A stretch of 38,117 nt of DNA. Origin: Octopus bimaculoides (Eukaryota). Made by a program: the position numbers and the translations under genes. A model generated the notes under the pieces. It saw nothing but the letters and a program-made list of their open reading frames with translations. It did no database searches and was not told the DNA's origin. The stretch spans positions 106,126,518-106,164,634 of the forward strand of contig NC_068986.1 in assembly GCF_001194135.2 (NCBI RefSeq), given 5' to 3'. Positions 22,851-35,510 of the stretch are shown here, piece after piece. How positions within the stretch are numbered: position 1 is the stretch's first letter; every line of letters starts with the position of its first letter.

Positions 22851-24674
22851 TGTTCGTGCGCGTGTGTCCGTGTTTGTGTGTATGTGACTGTGTGTGTGGG
22901 TGTGCGTTTTCGTTATCTATACGCAAATGTTGGAAATTTTTACATGCGGTTCCTCAGTACATTATTTGGTTTAAACGCTAAATATACATAAGAACTGGTA
23001 CAATCTCCGGTTATCTTTTATTATATCTTGCTTACGTTGGTGTTTTCATTCAGTAAATTATTATGGATTTTTGTTTTGCACTGTCAGTTATTAGTTCAGT
23101 TATCGACCCGAGGAATGAACGGAAGAAAATCAACGTCACTATGATTTTAAATCACAGCAATGGAAAGAAAGTAAAAATACTATATTTGTTTGTTTTTTGT
23201 TTTTACAAATGGCTGCTTTCTATTGCATTTGGTTTATTTTTCTATTGGTTTGATCTGGAGGAAGGGGTTGTAAGTTGACGGTTTCAAAAATGGTGAAACG
23301 TGCAGATAACGTTGTAGGAAGGAATGATTAGGTGGAATGGTACATGTCGGACCTGGGTACGGTGGACAGAATGTAGTTGATGAAAAGGGGCACCGAGAAA
23401 GTCAACCCTGTTTGAATGGAAACGACACGAAGCCAACCAACAATATAACAATGTGAGCATTTATATCTAACACGACAACGTGAAAGGTGTCCACAATAGA
23501 ATTCTTGTCGCGAAGAAAACTTTCTCTTTATGGATTATAATGAGCCGGTTCTAAATGACCTCAAAGTACTACAAGACACGTGTTTCGGCGTTAATGTATC
23601 TCCTCAATGACAGACACTTCTTCAGTCCTGCTAAATGTACTTTTACATATAAAGTGTATAAAGAGATTGTTTTTTCGGAGAAAATAGCTCTGCAGGGAAC
23701 GTCGTCAAGTTGCTAGTGTATATGACAAATATAAATATTTACAGCTTATTTTTATCGTCATCTTTTCGTGCCCTTAAACTAACTTGGAGTGTTTTGTATA
23801 AAACATTGAACCCCGGTAGATTACAGGCACTTTCTTTCTTCGATCGTAGAGAAACGAAAGTTGATTGTTTGTTAGTTTATAAATGCTAAGGTTAATTCTA
23901 CGAGCTATAGCGCCACCTACTCAAGAAAAAGAAACTCGCTATTCTTTTGGAATGTGTAGAGAAGAATTATCTGATGTGCTTCCAAACGAGAGAGAAGCAA
24001 ACAAAAATAGATTCATACAAACGAACATACGTAAATGCATACGCATACATACATACATACATACATACATACATGCATGCATGCATGTATATAGAAATAC
24101 ACGCATACATACATATACACATATGTATGTATACGCGCAAGCAGACAAGCACGAACACGTACATATATACACACGTGTGTACATATAGTTACGTGTTGTA
24201 CATATAACACAGTTTCTTATTTCACATAATATCTATACAGGTATGAATCTATCTTAATTGAAACTGCAATAATTAAAAGCATTATGGCTTCGCTGTCACT
24301 GTCACCATGGCAGTGCCTGTATTAATTCGATAATTTGAGTAAATTTCGATAAAAATTATATCGGAAGCTAATAAGATTTTCGAATATAATAATGATAAAA
24401 TCCAGTGAGAGGATAAATGTTTCAACTGAAATTGTGTTACGGAATCAACTAACTTACCAGCCAAAATTCAACATCAACAGAATCCCTCCAATATTGCAGG
24501 AAATATCTACCTTGGATCATCGGAAGTATTTTACTGGTATTTCCTCGTATTTTTATTCCCCGGAGGTATGAAAAGTTATGCTAGTCCTCGTTGAACGGGC
24601 GACTACAAAATAGATAAAGCAAGAGATTTCTGTCAGTCTATCATGGTCCCCGTTGCACAATGAGCTATAATTAA

Positions 24675-24855
24675 TTGTTTCTAATTTTGATACAAAGCCA
24701 GTTATTTTGAGGGGGAGGAGACAAGACAATTCTTGACTGGTTCGTTATTTTATCGACCCCGGTAGGATGAAAGACACAGTTGACGTCAGCAGGATTTGAA
24801 ATCAGAACGTAGATCAGTGGTCCTACACTCTAACGATTCTGTCAGCTCACCACCT
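24675..24855 (-). mobile_element. SINE family B (tail variant iii), diverged and internally deleted
   Basis: Minus strand: aggtggtgagctgacagaatcgttagag...ttctgatttcaaatcc...tttcatcctaccggggtcgataaaataac...ccccctcaaaataactggctttgtatcaaaattagaaac. Confidence 0.7.
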
Positions 24856-24979
24856 ACATAATTATCTACTTTGTTCAACTAGCGTTCAAGTCTTGAATAA
24901 ATTGACTTCGTTTTGAGCATAAGTTGCAAAATAAAAGAGAGTAAGAGATAGAGAGAGAGGGAAGAGAGAATGAGAGAAC

Positions 24980-25014
<35 letters not shown>

Positions 25015-26105
25015 TGAGGAGAGAGAATTGCACAGACAAATAAAAATTCTCTCTGTTGTCAAAAATCTGGATTTGAACAAGGAAATTTTTGACACACAGA
25101 ATCCGAAAATGATATCCACTTATTACTATCACGTCAAGATTTTAAGATAATGGATTCATAGAATTTCAATGAAATAGTTTACAAAGAACAAGGCATAACA
25201 TACAAAACATACACAGAAATTTGTTTTGCTTCAAAACCAGAAATTAAAAAAAAAATTCTTCTGAATGTCTTCTTAAAATTCTACTCAAAAACTTGTATAA
25301 ACAATCTTAAAAATTACATCATTGTTTATGCCTAATTTCCCATGAATTTGCGTTTGGATGATTTTGTTGGGTGCCGAACCTCAGAAAGATCACGAGCAAA
25401 GTTCTAGAAATAGTCTACATTCATATGCAAGTTCACTAATTCTGAGTGATCTCGGTGTTAGCCATCACATCCTGGATTGTGAGTGTCTTTAGCTGATTTC
25501 ACTGAATAACAAAGCATTCGCGTTAGTTTTTGTGTCTCAGAATACGTCTAAGAATTTCCTCCAATCTTACACTTGACCAGTCCCATTGGCACTGCAACAG
25601 GATACAGGCGCTGTTTTTTTTATCCTCTAAGCCATAAACAATGAATAAATATGAAAAAAAAAACCCGTCTAGAACCTATATTATTGTAAATAATAACAGA
25701 GAAATTATTGTGATTCAACAATAGAAATGTGAAACAATATAAGTTTAATGTCAACACAATCGGATATTAAAACAGGATACCATTATCTAACCACTTATCG
25801 TCTGTCCCTCGCTCTATTTCGACTGCACGTTAATCTGTATAATACGTCGCCATCTTCCATAACGTATAATAGCTTCTATCCTTCCTTATGTAGTTAGTTA
25901 TTCATAAGAATATTACAACTTAGTCTGATATCTAAAGCTTTCATCCAAATTCGGTTTCCTCTGTCCATCTGAACGATTGTCTACCATAACATATTCAATA
26001 TTACAAGATTGAAATTATATTTTGTCATTTTCCATTCAGTTTAGCGTTCAATAACCATCATTCATTTCCGCCATACTTTCTCTGCTTTCATTTGCCCCCC
26101 CCCCA

Positions 26106-26106
26106 T

Positions 26107-26170
<64 letters not shown>

Positions 26171-26382
26171 TTTTTCTTTCTTTCTCTCTTTCTCTCTTTC
26201 TTTCTTTCGTTCGTTCGTTCTTTATTTCCTTCTTTCTTTCTTTCTTTCTTTTTTCCTTCCTTCCTTCCTTCCTTCCTTCCTTCCTTCTTTCCTTCCTTTC
26301 TTCCTTCTCTCCTTCCTTCATTTCTTTCTTTCTTTCTTTCTTCTTTCCTTCCTTCTCTCCTTCCTTCGTTTCTTTCTTTCTT
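26106..26382. repeat. (TTCT)n/(TTCC)n polypyrimidine microsatellite
   Basis: Direct reading; responsible for the K/E/R-rich and F/L/S-rich ORFs at 26062-26439. Confidence 0.95.
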
Positions 26383-27665
26383 ACCTATTTTTTTTATATA
26401 TGTGTGCAACATTCTTTTATTCATTACAATTCTCCTTAGAAATAAAGAGCTGGTTTCTCACAAAATAATGAAAATCCATAACCTGGATTCAAATAATACC
26501 AACAATACGTGTTGAACTATAAAAATGTCTGCCATATTTTTTACTATTCCACGAACAGACATTAATCTTAACCTGTTTATTGACGAGGGCAAACTCTAGC
26601 TTCTCAGATTTGTCACTTAAACATTTTCTAAAATAATCAACTACACCAATATTCATAGATATAAATCTGAATTTATAATCAGAATATAAAAACATTAATT
26701 ACGAAGTAGTTACTTATATTCGTTTTCTCACTGATTTTGGAAGCGACGTTCATTATTGAAGGGCAGCTGGCCTCGATATTATATTTATAAATGAATTAAT
26801 CAAACGTACGTTTTCTTTGAGATTTATTTAAGTTCTTCCGTATGGAGTTCAAGCTGTTTGTTAACAAAGTGACAAGTCTTTTTGAATTAACCCATTATCT
26901 GCCAGCTTTTGTTATTCATAATTTTTTGGCTTTGCCAGGTGTCTTAGGAGTTAAAATAACATATAGTATTTAAATTTTCTTCATATGTGAATTATTTTGG
27001 AAATTATGAGAAATGTTTCGAAAAGTCACAAATGGGAATCGCTGAAAAAAAGCTTATTTATCTTTTTTTTTTTATTCAATTGCAATAATAAACATTTTAG
27101 TTTGTTTGAAACTATAGTGTCAAATGCGAATGTGTATGAAATTTCAATGAATGATAGAGATGGGAAATGCAAAACACAAAAAAGCTTTTCAAAACGGACA
27201 ATATTTTTGTAGTTCAAAAATTGCTATTTATGACATAAAATGTCCTCTAGAATTAGCCAGAGATAATAATGACGGACTTTAATTACTAAATACTGTTATA
27301 CACACCCCTACAAATTCAATGTACATAAGCAATTCACTTTAAAGTCAACGAACAATCGTGATTGAGACTGTTTTTCGCAGATCCCCAAATGGGGCTCATG
27401 GCAGGTTAAGCGAGTTCCCCGTGTTTGTAAAAATGTGATGCATGTTTAAGGATACGTAGGTGCATTCACTTGCACTTATCCTTTGTATAAATATCTTTAC
27501 TAATTAGATATTTGTGCACGCGTGTATGTGTGTATGCGTGTGCACCATTACATTTTAAGTATGTGTCTTCGTAGATGCACACAACGATGCGTGTGCATAT
27601 ATCCATTTCAAGAATCTCAAGTGACGAATCTTTGGGTTGTCTTCAAAATTTTACTGTGCCGCTCA

Positions 27666-27882
27666 TACGAAGGGTACTGAAAAGTTCTTGGCTCTAGGTA
27701 AGAGAAAATACAGGAGGATCAGTTAGTTATGATTTTATTCAATATATTCCCCTCACAGATTCACACGCTTATTGCAGCGGTCCTTCAGCTTTTTTCTAAG
27801 TCTTGTAACTCGGAAGGTTGGGCCTCCACCCATGCCTTTTATGATACCCATAAAACCAGGAACTTTTTACCACCCCCTCGTA
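27666..27882. mobile_element. Mariner-type MITE (~215 bp, TA TSD)
   Basis: Left TA-cgaagggtactgaaaagttcttggct; right aaccaggaactttttaccaccccctcg-TA (reverse complement cgagggggtggtaaaaagttcctggtt). Imperfect TIRs of the mariner TACGAGGG...AAAAGT type. Confidence 0.8.
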
Positions 27883-28049
27883 TATATATGTGTAAACATA
27901 ATGATGCATATATACATGCATCATTAATATATCGTATAAATATATACGATTATATATTACTCATGTTTCACGCACTCACNNNNNNNNNNNNNNNNNNNNN
28001 NNNNNNNNNNNNNNNNNNNATATATATATATATATATATATAGGAAAAT

Positions 28050-28640
28050 GACATACATATATAGTTATCCATCCTCACATCTCCCAGTATTCTCTAGAGG
28101 ATCATGACGATAGGAACTTGAGGTTCCTTTTAACTAGGGCCCTGCAAGAAGCACCCATCGTTAGACTTTACGGTTGGATTCTCAAGCGTGACCAACTGAG
28201 ACAGTGGATATTATCCAGCCGTATTTTTCTTGGTTCACCTCTAGTACCCCTGCCGGTTGGCTCGGCTTGAAAAAATCCGTCTTGTGATTCTTTCTGGTTA
28301 CATTCTGATCACATGTCCGTAGTACAAGGATTGCATCATCTCAATGCGGAGTAGTAGCGGCTCGACTTGGGGACACTCGCTGATCTCCGAGCTACGCACC
28401 TTGACGACTAATATCACTTAAGAAATTCTTTGGAGGAACTGCAATATTCCTGGCTAAGACTGATAAGTGAAACTTGTTATCTTCACATGAATTGAAGATA
28501 GCAAGTTTGGCCTTTTTCTCAAACTTGCTTTCTTCTGACGATCGAATGCTGGAGATGCTGCATTATGGTGCTATAATGCGATTGATTGCTCGAAGGCACT
28601 TTTCGGGAGATGTGAATAATCATGTATTGTTATAAGCATT
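28050..28640 (-). mobile_element. RTE-clade (Expander-like) LINE 3' region, decayed
   Basis: Minus strand: KKAKLAIFNS, VRSSEISECPQVEPLLLRIEMMQSLYYGHVIRM*PERITRRIF, WLDNIHCLSWSRLRIQP. Matches from memory the RTE post-RT motif RSSEIRE.L.VEPLLL.IERSQLRW.GH..RM. Confidence 0.75.
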
Positions 28641-29569
28641 TGAATTTAAATAGTTAAAGAGGAAAAGTGACAGAAAAGGAGGAACCATTATTGATCACGA
28701 AAATGAATGAAATGCTTTCGATAGTGAAGTGGGGCGTACATTTTAGAGAGGAGTAGAACAAGGCTTTAATTAGGTGAAAACTAAAAGCGGCTAAGTAGAA
28801 AATGGATTAATCATTAACCAAGGGTATTACAAAAATCCCTTTATGTATTCAGCAAATAGAGGCTGATTAAAACGATAGAATTAATTTAAAATTTTAATTA
28901 ATCAACTCCATTTATCGCTGAGAGACAAAATAAGCAAAATGTTAATGTTCGTGATTAAATATATCGTTAAGACAACAGTTAGCCATTAATATTACTCTTC
29001 AATCATCTAATGATTATTTGCATGAAGATGTATGTGGAGTTTATATTCTCTGTTATGAGAAATGGCACTATAGTTTTATTCAAAACATGGAAAGCTTTTC
29101 GTTATAGAAATCGTAAATAAATGTTTAAGCTGTCTAAAATTAGGCGATCAGAGTTCAGTTACTATTAAATGAGAAATAAATGTTTTGAAATTTCGTAGTA
29201 ATTTACAAATCCGTTAAAATCGATTATCCATAGCAGAGCTTAACTTTTATTAAGAACATACACATTACGAAGATTGAAATGGAATCTTCATTATANNNNN
29301 NNNNNNNNNNNNNNNNNNNNNNNNNNNNNNNNNNNNNNNNNNNNNNNNNNNNNNNNNNNNNNNNNNNNNNNNNNNNNNNNNNNNNNNNNNNNNNNNNNNN
29401 NNNNNNNNNNNNNNNNNNNNNNNNNNNNNNNNNNNNNNNNNNNNNNNNNNNNNNNNNNNNNNNNNNNNNNNNNNNNNNNNNNNNNNNNNNNNNNNNNNNN
29501 NNNNNNNNNNNNNNNNNNNNNNNNNNNNNNNNNNNNNNNNNNNNNNNNNNNNNNNNNNNNNNNNCATAC

Positions 29570-29614
<45 letters not shown>

Positions 29615-29772
29615 ATTTTTTATCTGCTTATTTCTGTATTCCTTTCTGTTGAAGAGCGTATGCTCGAAACATAAAAGACTTTCTCACGTTCCGAGCGTTA
29701 AACTAATACGTCTGTTTGTTGTTAATACACCCGTCTTCGTCTTTTGTTCTGTTTTTTTTTGTAAATTCCAAC

Positions 29773-29838
<66 letters not shown>

Positions 29839-30344
29839 TACACATATATGTATGTATCTATATGTATACATATATTACTGCTATAAACCATGACATCTAA
29901 CCCAGTACCTCTATTGAATGACGGCACTTATTTTATCAAGAAGGAAAGAGATGAGAACATTCTGGATCTGAGTTCGATTTCAACTCAGAATACTAAAGGG
30001 CAGTAAATAGATACACAATAAAACAAAGACACACTCGCACACACACAACCTATTCGCACATACGTACATACATTCATACATACATATATATACATACACA
30101 CACACACATATATACAGTATATATGTATATATATATATATACATAATCAAAATAAGCAACAGGATATCAAGAAGTGAAGCAGCACGACCGTTTCAAGCAG
30201 CTCCATTTAATTGAACAATGCAATAGTTACATCAATTTAAAATAATGTTGCTTACTTTGATTTTATTCACCTTACTTCGAGCTGTGTGAATAATACCGGA
30301 CTAACTTGGCGCTTCAACTTAAGCACCTAATTCAACTGTATCTC

Positions 30345-30384
<40 letters not shown>

Positions 30385-30409
30385 ATGTATACACGTATGC
30401 ACACAAATA

Positions 30410-30570
30410 TATTTGAACGAACTTCCGTCAGTTTCTAAGTAACAAATTCATTCATCTTGGTCAATCTATGCCTATAGTTGAAGATACTTCACCAAAGTGT
30501 TTCGCTGTCGGTCTGAAAGCAAAAGTCGTGCGATATCGATGCGAGCTTTTTAACAATACAATCATGCATC
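30410..30570 (-). mobile_element. Old SINE family A head
   Basis: Minus strand: gcatgattgtattgttaaaaagctcgc...cactttggtgaagtatcttcaactatagg...gaccaag...gaaactgacggaag. Confidence 0.5.
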
Positions 30571-31857
30571 TTACTCTGAAATTCGTTTCTTAAAGCCATC
30601 TTTGGCAGTTTGTAATGGGATCGGCATAACGATGTTTCATTGTTATTTATCAACCGTTTAGGGTTTTTTCTTTTATCTTTCTTCCAAAATGCCGATGATA
30701 CTATATTAAAGGTATATATTAAGGGTGTATATTAAGGGTGTATATGAAATGTAAAGAAATGTGTATTGAGTATACACAAAATTATTTGCAAAAATTTTTT
30801 AAAATTACAGCTGGTCAATTATTAGTAAAGTACCAAACATGTATAGTTAAGAGACTGAGTGTATATTTAATGCGTACTAGCTGAAGAATTATTTTTAAAA
30901 TATGAAAAAATATAATAATACGATAGATAATTTCAGACATGATTTCGTTTGATAAAATTCTTCTGGTAAGTACAGACTCAGGATTATTAGCATTCTTGAC
31001 CTAATCACAGGCAAAACTGTTATCAAAAAGTTCTTTATGTTCCATTTTATTGCGCGTCACTTTTGGTAAATCTCATCTTCCAAAGCATCAGGTTGACCAC
31101 AGCTTGTTAAAGGAATTCGATAGTCGGAAACTAACTGGAAACTTTTCAGAAGTAACCTGTCACCCAGTTTATCACCCCAGTAGAACTTTGGGTGTCTTAA
31201 AATGAGTCTGTACTGCTGCATGCATCCAACCCAAATTTTGGGTCTGCAGATAACTTACTTCATCCTACAAATCATGGACGCCTTTAGAATGTTCATGGGA
31301 AATATCAATTTTCCTTACAGCGAACAGTGTAGTTTGTTTACATATTTTAAGTTTATTTAAAAAGAAAATCCCTCACTTAACGCATGCGCTTTAATGCAAT
31401 TAATTATCGTCTGCTCAATCGAAACTTTGTTTATAAAATATGGACAACAACAGACGACAATAGCTAAAAAAGAAAAGAATGCAAAGGATTATTTTTCATA
31501 AAATAAACATACAATGCATGTAGGGTCTGTCAGTGTCCAAAGTAATTGCATTGAAGCCACCGTAATAACAATTACACTAAAAGTAATTCGCTTCCTAATA
31601 CCTCAGATGAAGCTGGCTCCAAGTGACTTCAACTTTCATTTCATTTCGGAACGAACTCAGTTCCTTCTAACAGAAATAAATACTTTTTATAAAACGCAGG
31701 ATTTCCATAAGTCCCTGTTGTTATTATTATTTTTATTTTTACTCTCCTACATTAAATAAGGCACAGGGACTGACATTTAACAAAATTGTAAATAATAAAC
31801 GTTAAATCATTTCTTTATTTCTTTAAACTTTAAAGTACATCATCTCTGTCATACGTA

Positions 31858-32153
31858 TTGTTGTTGGCACTCCGTCGCTTACGACATCGAGGGTTCCTGT
31901 TGATCCGATCAACGGAACAGCCTGCTCATGAAATTAACGTGCAAGTGGCTGAGCACTCCACAGACACGTGTACCCTTAATTTAGTTCACGGGGATATTAA
32001 GCGTGACACAGTATGACAAGACTGACCCTTTGAATTACAAGCACAACAGAAACAGGAAGTGAGAGAAAGTTGTGGTGAAAGAGTACAGCAGGGTTCGCTA
32101 CCATCCCCTGCCGGAGCCTCGTGGTGCTTTTAGGTGTTTTCATTCAATAAACA
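31858..32153 (-). mobile_element. SINE family D (head lost in gap)
   Basis: Reverse complement of 8820-9120 along its length. Confidence 0.9.
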
Positions 32154-32443
32154 NNNNNNNNNNNNNNNNNNNNNNNNNNNNNNNNNNNNNNNNNNNNNNN
32201 NNNNNNNNNNNNNNNNNNNNNNNNNNNNNNNNNNNNNNNNNNNNNNNNNNNNNNNNNNNNNNNNNNNNNNNNNNNNNNNNNNNNNNNNNNNNGTTCAATA
32301 TACTAACGTAAAGTTTTCAAATATGTTGTCTTATAGTGTGGAATTTCCACAGGTCCGGCTAGTATTTTATGGCTGCTAGATTAAAAAATCGAGCAATAAT
32401 AAATACAAGGTTAAAACAAATAGCGTTAGAAGAAACGGAAACG

Positions 32444-32488
<45 letters not shown>

Positions 32489-32846
32489 TATACAGTCACG
32501 CATATACACGTACATTCGTGCACACATATAACTAGTGGATTCTTCCGTTAATATCGACGTATGAGATATCACCAGCTGGGCTAGACTACCCACGCAGATG
32601 ATTTGTTGTTTCCAGTGGACCAATCACATATTTTGGGAAATGGCTTTTTACTCTCTGAGGTCATGTGGGAGGTCTGATGTCTTTTGCTGTTATCAGGCGT
32701 ATCTGATTATATGTCTCAATTGTTATACAAGTGTTTGTCTTTTGTACATACTAATCCAGACAAGACTGCAAATTGAGGACAGAGACCATTATAAATATTG
32801 ATAATTGAGTCGGTATGTTTTGATTTGTCTTCAACAATTCCTAATG

Positions 32847-32877
<31 letters not shown>

Positions 32878-33144
32878 GCTAGATCGACTGATACTTATGT
32901 GTGTGGATATTCTCTGCATAAAGTTCCCTTTTTATTTTTCTACTAATGAGCACTATATTTACAAGACATTATTTCATGTCTAGGGCAATTATAATTAAAT
33001 GTTTATAATGATATGATATTTACTAATATTTACTGTTTGGATTTCTAGTGTATATTGAACATATGACTGCAAATATATTTTAGTTCTATTCTTTATCGTA
33101 GTATGAGGCAGGAAACTAGGATTAAGAGAAGTAAGATTGCAAAA

Positions 33145-33223
<79 letters not shown>
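33145..33223. repeat. (CTAT)n microsatellite
   Basis: Direct reading; a second tract lies at 33458-33537 on the other side of the SINE. Confidence 0.95.
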
Positions 33224-33225
33224 GT

Positions 33226-33453
33226 ATTTCTTTATTGCTCACAAGGGGCTAAACATAGAAAGGACAAAGATAGACAAAGGGCATACGTCGATTACATCGA
33301 CCCCAGTTTGTAACTAGTACTTAATTCATCGACCCCGAATGGATGAAAGGCAAAGTCGACCTCGGAGGATTTTGGACTCAGAACGTAATGGCAGATGAAA
33401 TAACGTTAAGTATTTCACCCGGCGTGCTAACGTTTGTGCTAGCTCGCCGCCTT
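33226..33453 (-). mobile_element. SINE family B (tail variant i)
   Basis: Reverse complement of 11763-11990, including the tagcccc..gtg.gcaataaagaaat tail. Confidence 0.9.
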
Positions 33454-33465
33454 CATCCATCTATG

Positions 33466-33541
<76 letters not shown>

Positions 33542-34459
33542 AGAGCTGTGAACCTTCGTCGAACGGCTGTTGTCGCGTGTGGGACGAGCCCACTTATCAG
33601 CCGAGTCTATCGTGAATATTGTTCCGCCACCTTCCTTTAAACGGGAAGGAAAAACGGTTTTTGTAACACTGATAGCTATGGCAAAAGAATGCGTGTGGTG
33701 GACGCGTTTGAAAGGTTTACAAACAAACACTTTCCTCTCTGGTCAGTCCCTCGTCAACTNNNNNNNNNNNNNNNNNNNNNNNNNNNNNNNNNNNNNNNNN
33801 NNNNNNNNNNNNNNNNNNNNNNNNNNNNNNNNNNNNNNNNNNNNNNNNNNNNNNNNNNNNNNNNNNNNNNNNNNNNNNNNNNNNNNNNNNNNNNNNNNNN
33901 NNNNNNNNNNNNNNNNNNNNNNNNNNNNNNNNNNNNNNNNNNNNNNNNNNNNNNNNNNNNNNNNNNNNNNNNNNNNNNNNNNNNNNNNNNNNNNNNNNNN
34001 NNNNNNNNNNNNNNNNNNNNNNNNNNNNNNNNNNNNNNNNNNNNNNNNNNNNNNNNNNNNNNNNNNNNNNNNNNNNNNNNNNNNNNNNNNNNNNNNNNNN
34101 NNNNNNNNNNNNNNNNNNNNNNNNNNNNNNNNNNNNNNNNNNNNNNNNNNNNNNNNNNNNNNNNNNNNNNNNNNNNNNNNNNNNNNNNNNNNNNNNNNNN
34201 NNNNNNNNNNNNNNNNNNNNNNNNNNNNNNNNNNNNNNNNNNNNNNNNNNNNNNNNNNNNNNNNNNNNNNNNNNNNNNNNNNNNNNNNNNNNNNNNNNNN
34301 NNNNNNNNNNNNNNNNNNNNNNNNNNNNNNNNNNNNNNNNNNNNNNNNNNNNNNNNNNTTGTAAAGATATCTATCTATCTATCTATCTATCTGTCTGTCT
34401 GTCTGTCTGTTTGTCTATCTGTCTGTCTGTATGTCTGTCTGTCTGTCTGTCAGTGTAAT

Positions 34460-34740
34460 GAACAGACAGTGTAATCTATGGATCAGTTTTTCAAGATTCT
34501 CCGGATCTATCTGCGTGGTTCTCCTTGCATACAATCTGCCAGGATTTTCTTTCCAGTCTGTTTTTTAATGTCGTCAGTAATCAAATGTCCTTCTCAACGT
34601 CATGTTTTCTGATTATCTACACTTCCTACTTCCCGTTAAGATGATCTTTACAAGCGCCTCGGAGCGCATTGAATGATAACTTTCGCTGACTTGATTCTCG
34701 AAACTTTTAGATTTTCTAGCACTCTAAGATTTTTACCCTG
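34460..34740 (-). mobile_element. Possible very decayed RTE-like LINE 3' end
   Basis: Minus strand KIILTG...DDIKKQTG...ADR weakly resembles the RTE C-terminus; motif-level resemblance only. Confidence 0.25.
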
Positions 34741-34876
34741 TCCTTCTAGCTTATCCCCCAGTCTGCCAAAATTCGCGTCTTAAATACCAATAATAATCCA
34801 GTATGTATGTATGTATGTATGTATGTATGTATGTATGTATGTATGTATATATATACATACATACATTTATATATAC

Positions 34877-34908
<32 letters not shown>

Positions 34909-34971
34909 ATGTGTGTGTGTGTGTATTTAGCAGATCAACAAAGTGGCTCAAGGGCTGAGAGTAGAGGGGTG

Positions 34972-35112
34972 CTGAAAGGTTCCTCGCTTTAAGGGTATCG
35001 CTAAAAGCTTGGTTGGAGGCCCAGCTTTTCGAGTTCTTTAACAAGTCTTAGAAAACATGAAGGACCACTGAATTAAGAGTGTGAATCTGAGAGGGGAATA
35101 TGCTGAATAAAA
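34972..35112 (+). mobile_element. Mariner transposase C-terminal remnant
   Basis: LKAWLEAQLFEFF...KSVNLRGEYAE* resembles the mariner end (W...Q..EF...W.KC..L.G.YVE*). Confidence 0.5.
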
Positions 35113-35149
35113 TCATAATTAACCGACCCTCCTGCATTTTCTCTTACTC

Positions 35150-35510
35150 AAAGCCAGAAAATTTTCTGCATACCATCATATATACGTGTATATGTGAGTT
35201 TGTTATTTGCGCTACTTTGCCACTTTCAGAATTCTGATTTAGTTTTGGTTGGTTGTTATTTGATTTTGCGATGCAGTTTTTATTTCGTAGAAGAAAAGTT
35301 CTGTTATAAATGTTGCTACAGCTATGTTGTACGGCGGATTGTACCATATTATCTTCATTTTTATGAGTTGTTTTGATATCCAGTTTCTTCTTTGTTGTAT
35401 TTGATTACTTATGTGTACCCAATTTTTCAGAGTTTCTTTGTAACGCATGTCCTTCTATGAATATATCGTTAGAAGAGCGTCTCATAATTTTGGGCGATAT
35501 GAAGTAGACG
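35150..35510 (-). mobile_element. Penelope-like element fragment (thumb/linker region between RT and GIY-YIG)
   Basis: Minus strand PKIMRRSSNDIF..YKETLKN..KMKIIWYNPPYNIAVAT. From memory, IIW(F/Y)NPP(Y/F) preceded by Y..AL..SGY is characteristic of invertebrate Penelope-like ORFs. Confidence 0.7.

Noticed and set aside
23290-23420. Possible RTE RLRW.GH-like remnant on the plus strand
   Set aside because: A single weak motif with no supporting neighbours.
26062-26439. K/E/R-rich and F/L/S-rich ORFs
   Set aside because: They are translations of the (TTCT)/(TTCC) microsatellite.
30705-30750. Short 13-bp tandem repeat (tatattaagggtg)
   Set aside because: About three imperfect copies; ordinary slippage with no telomere-like or functional context.
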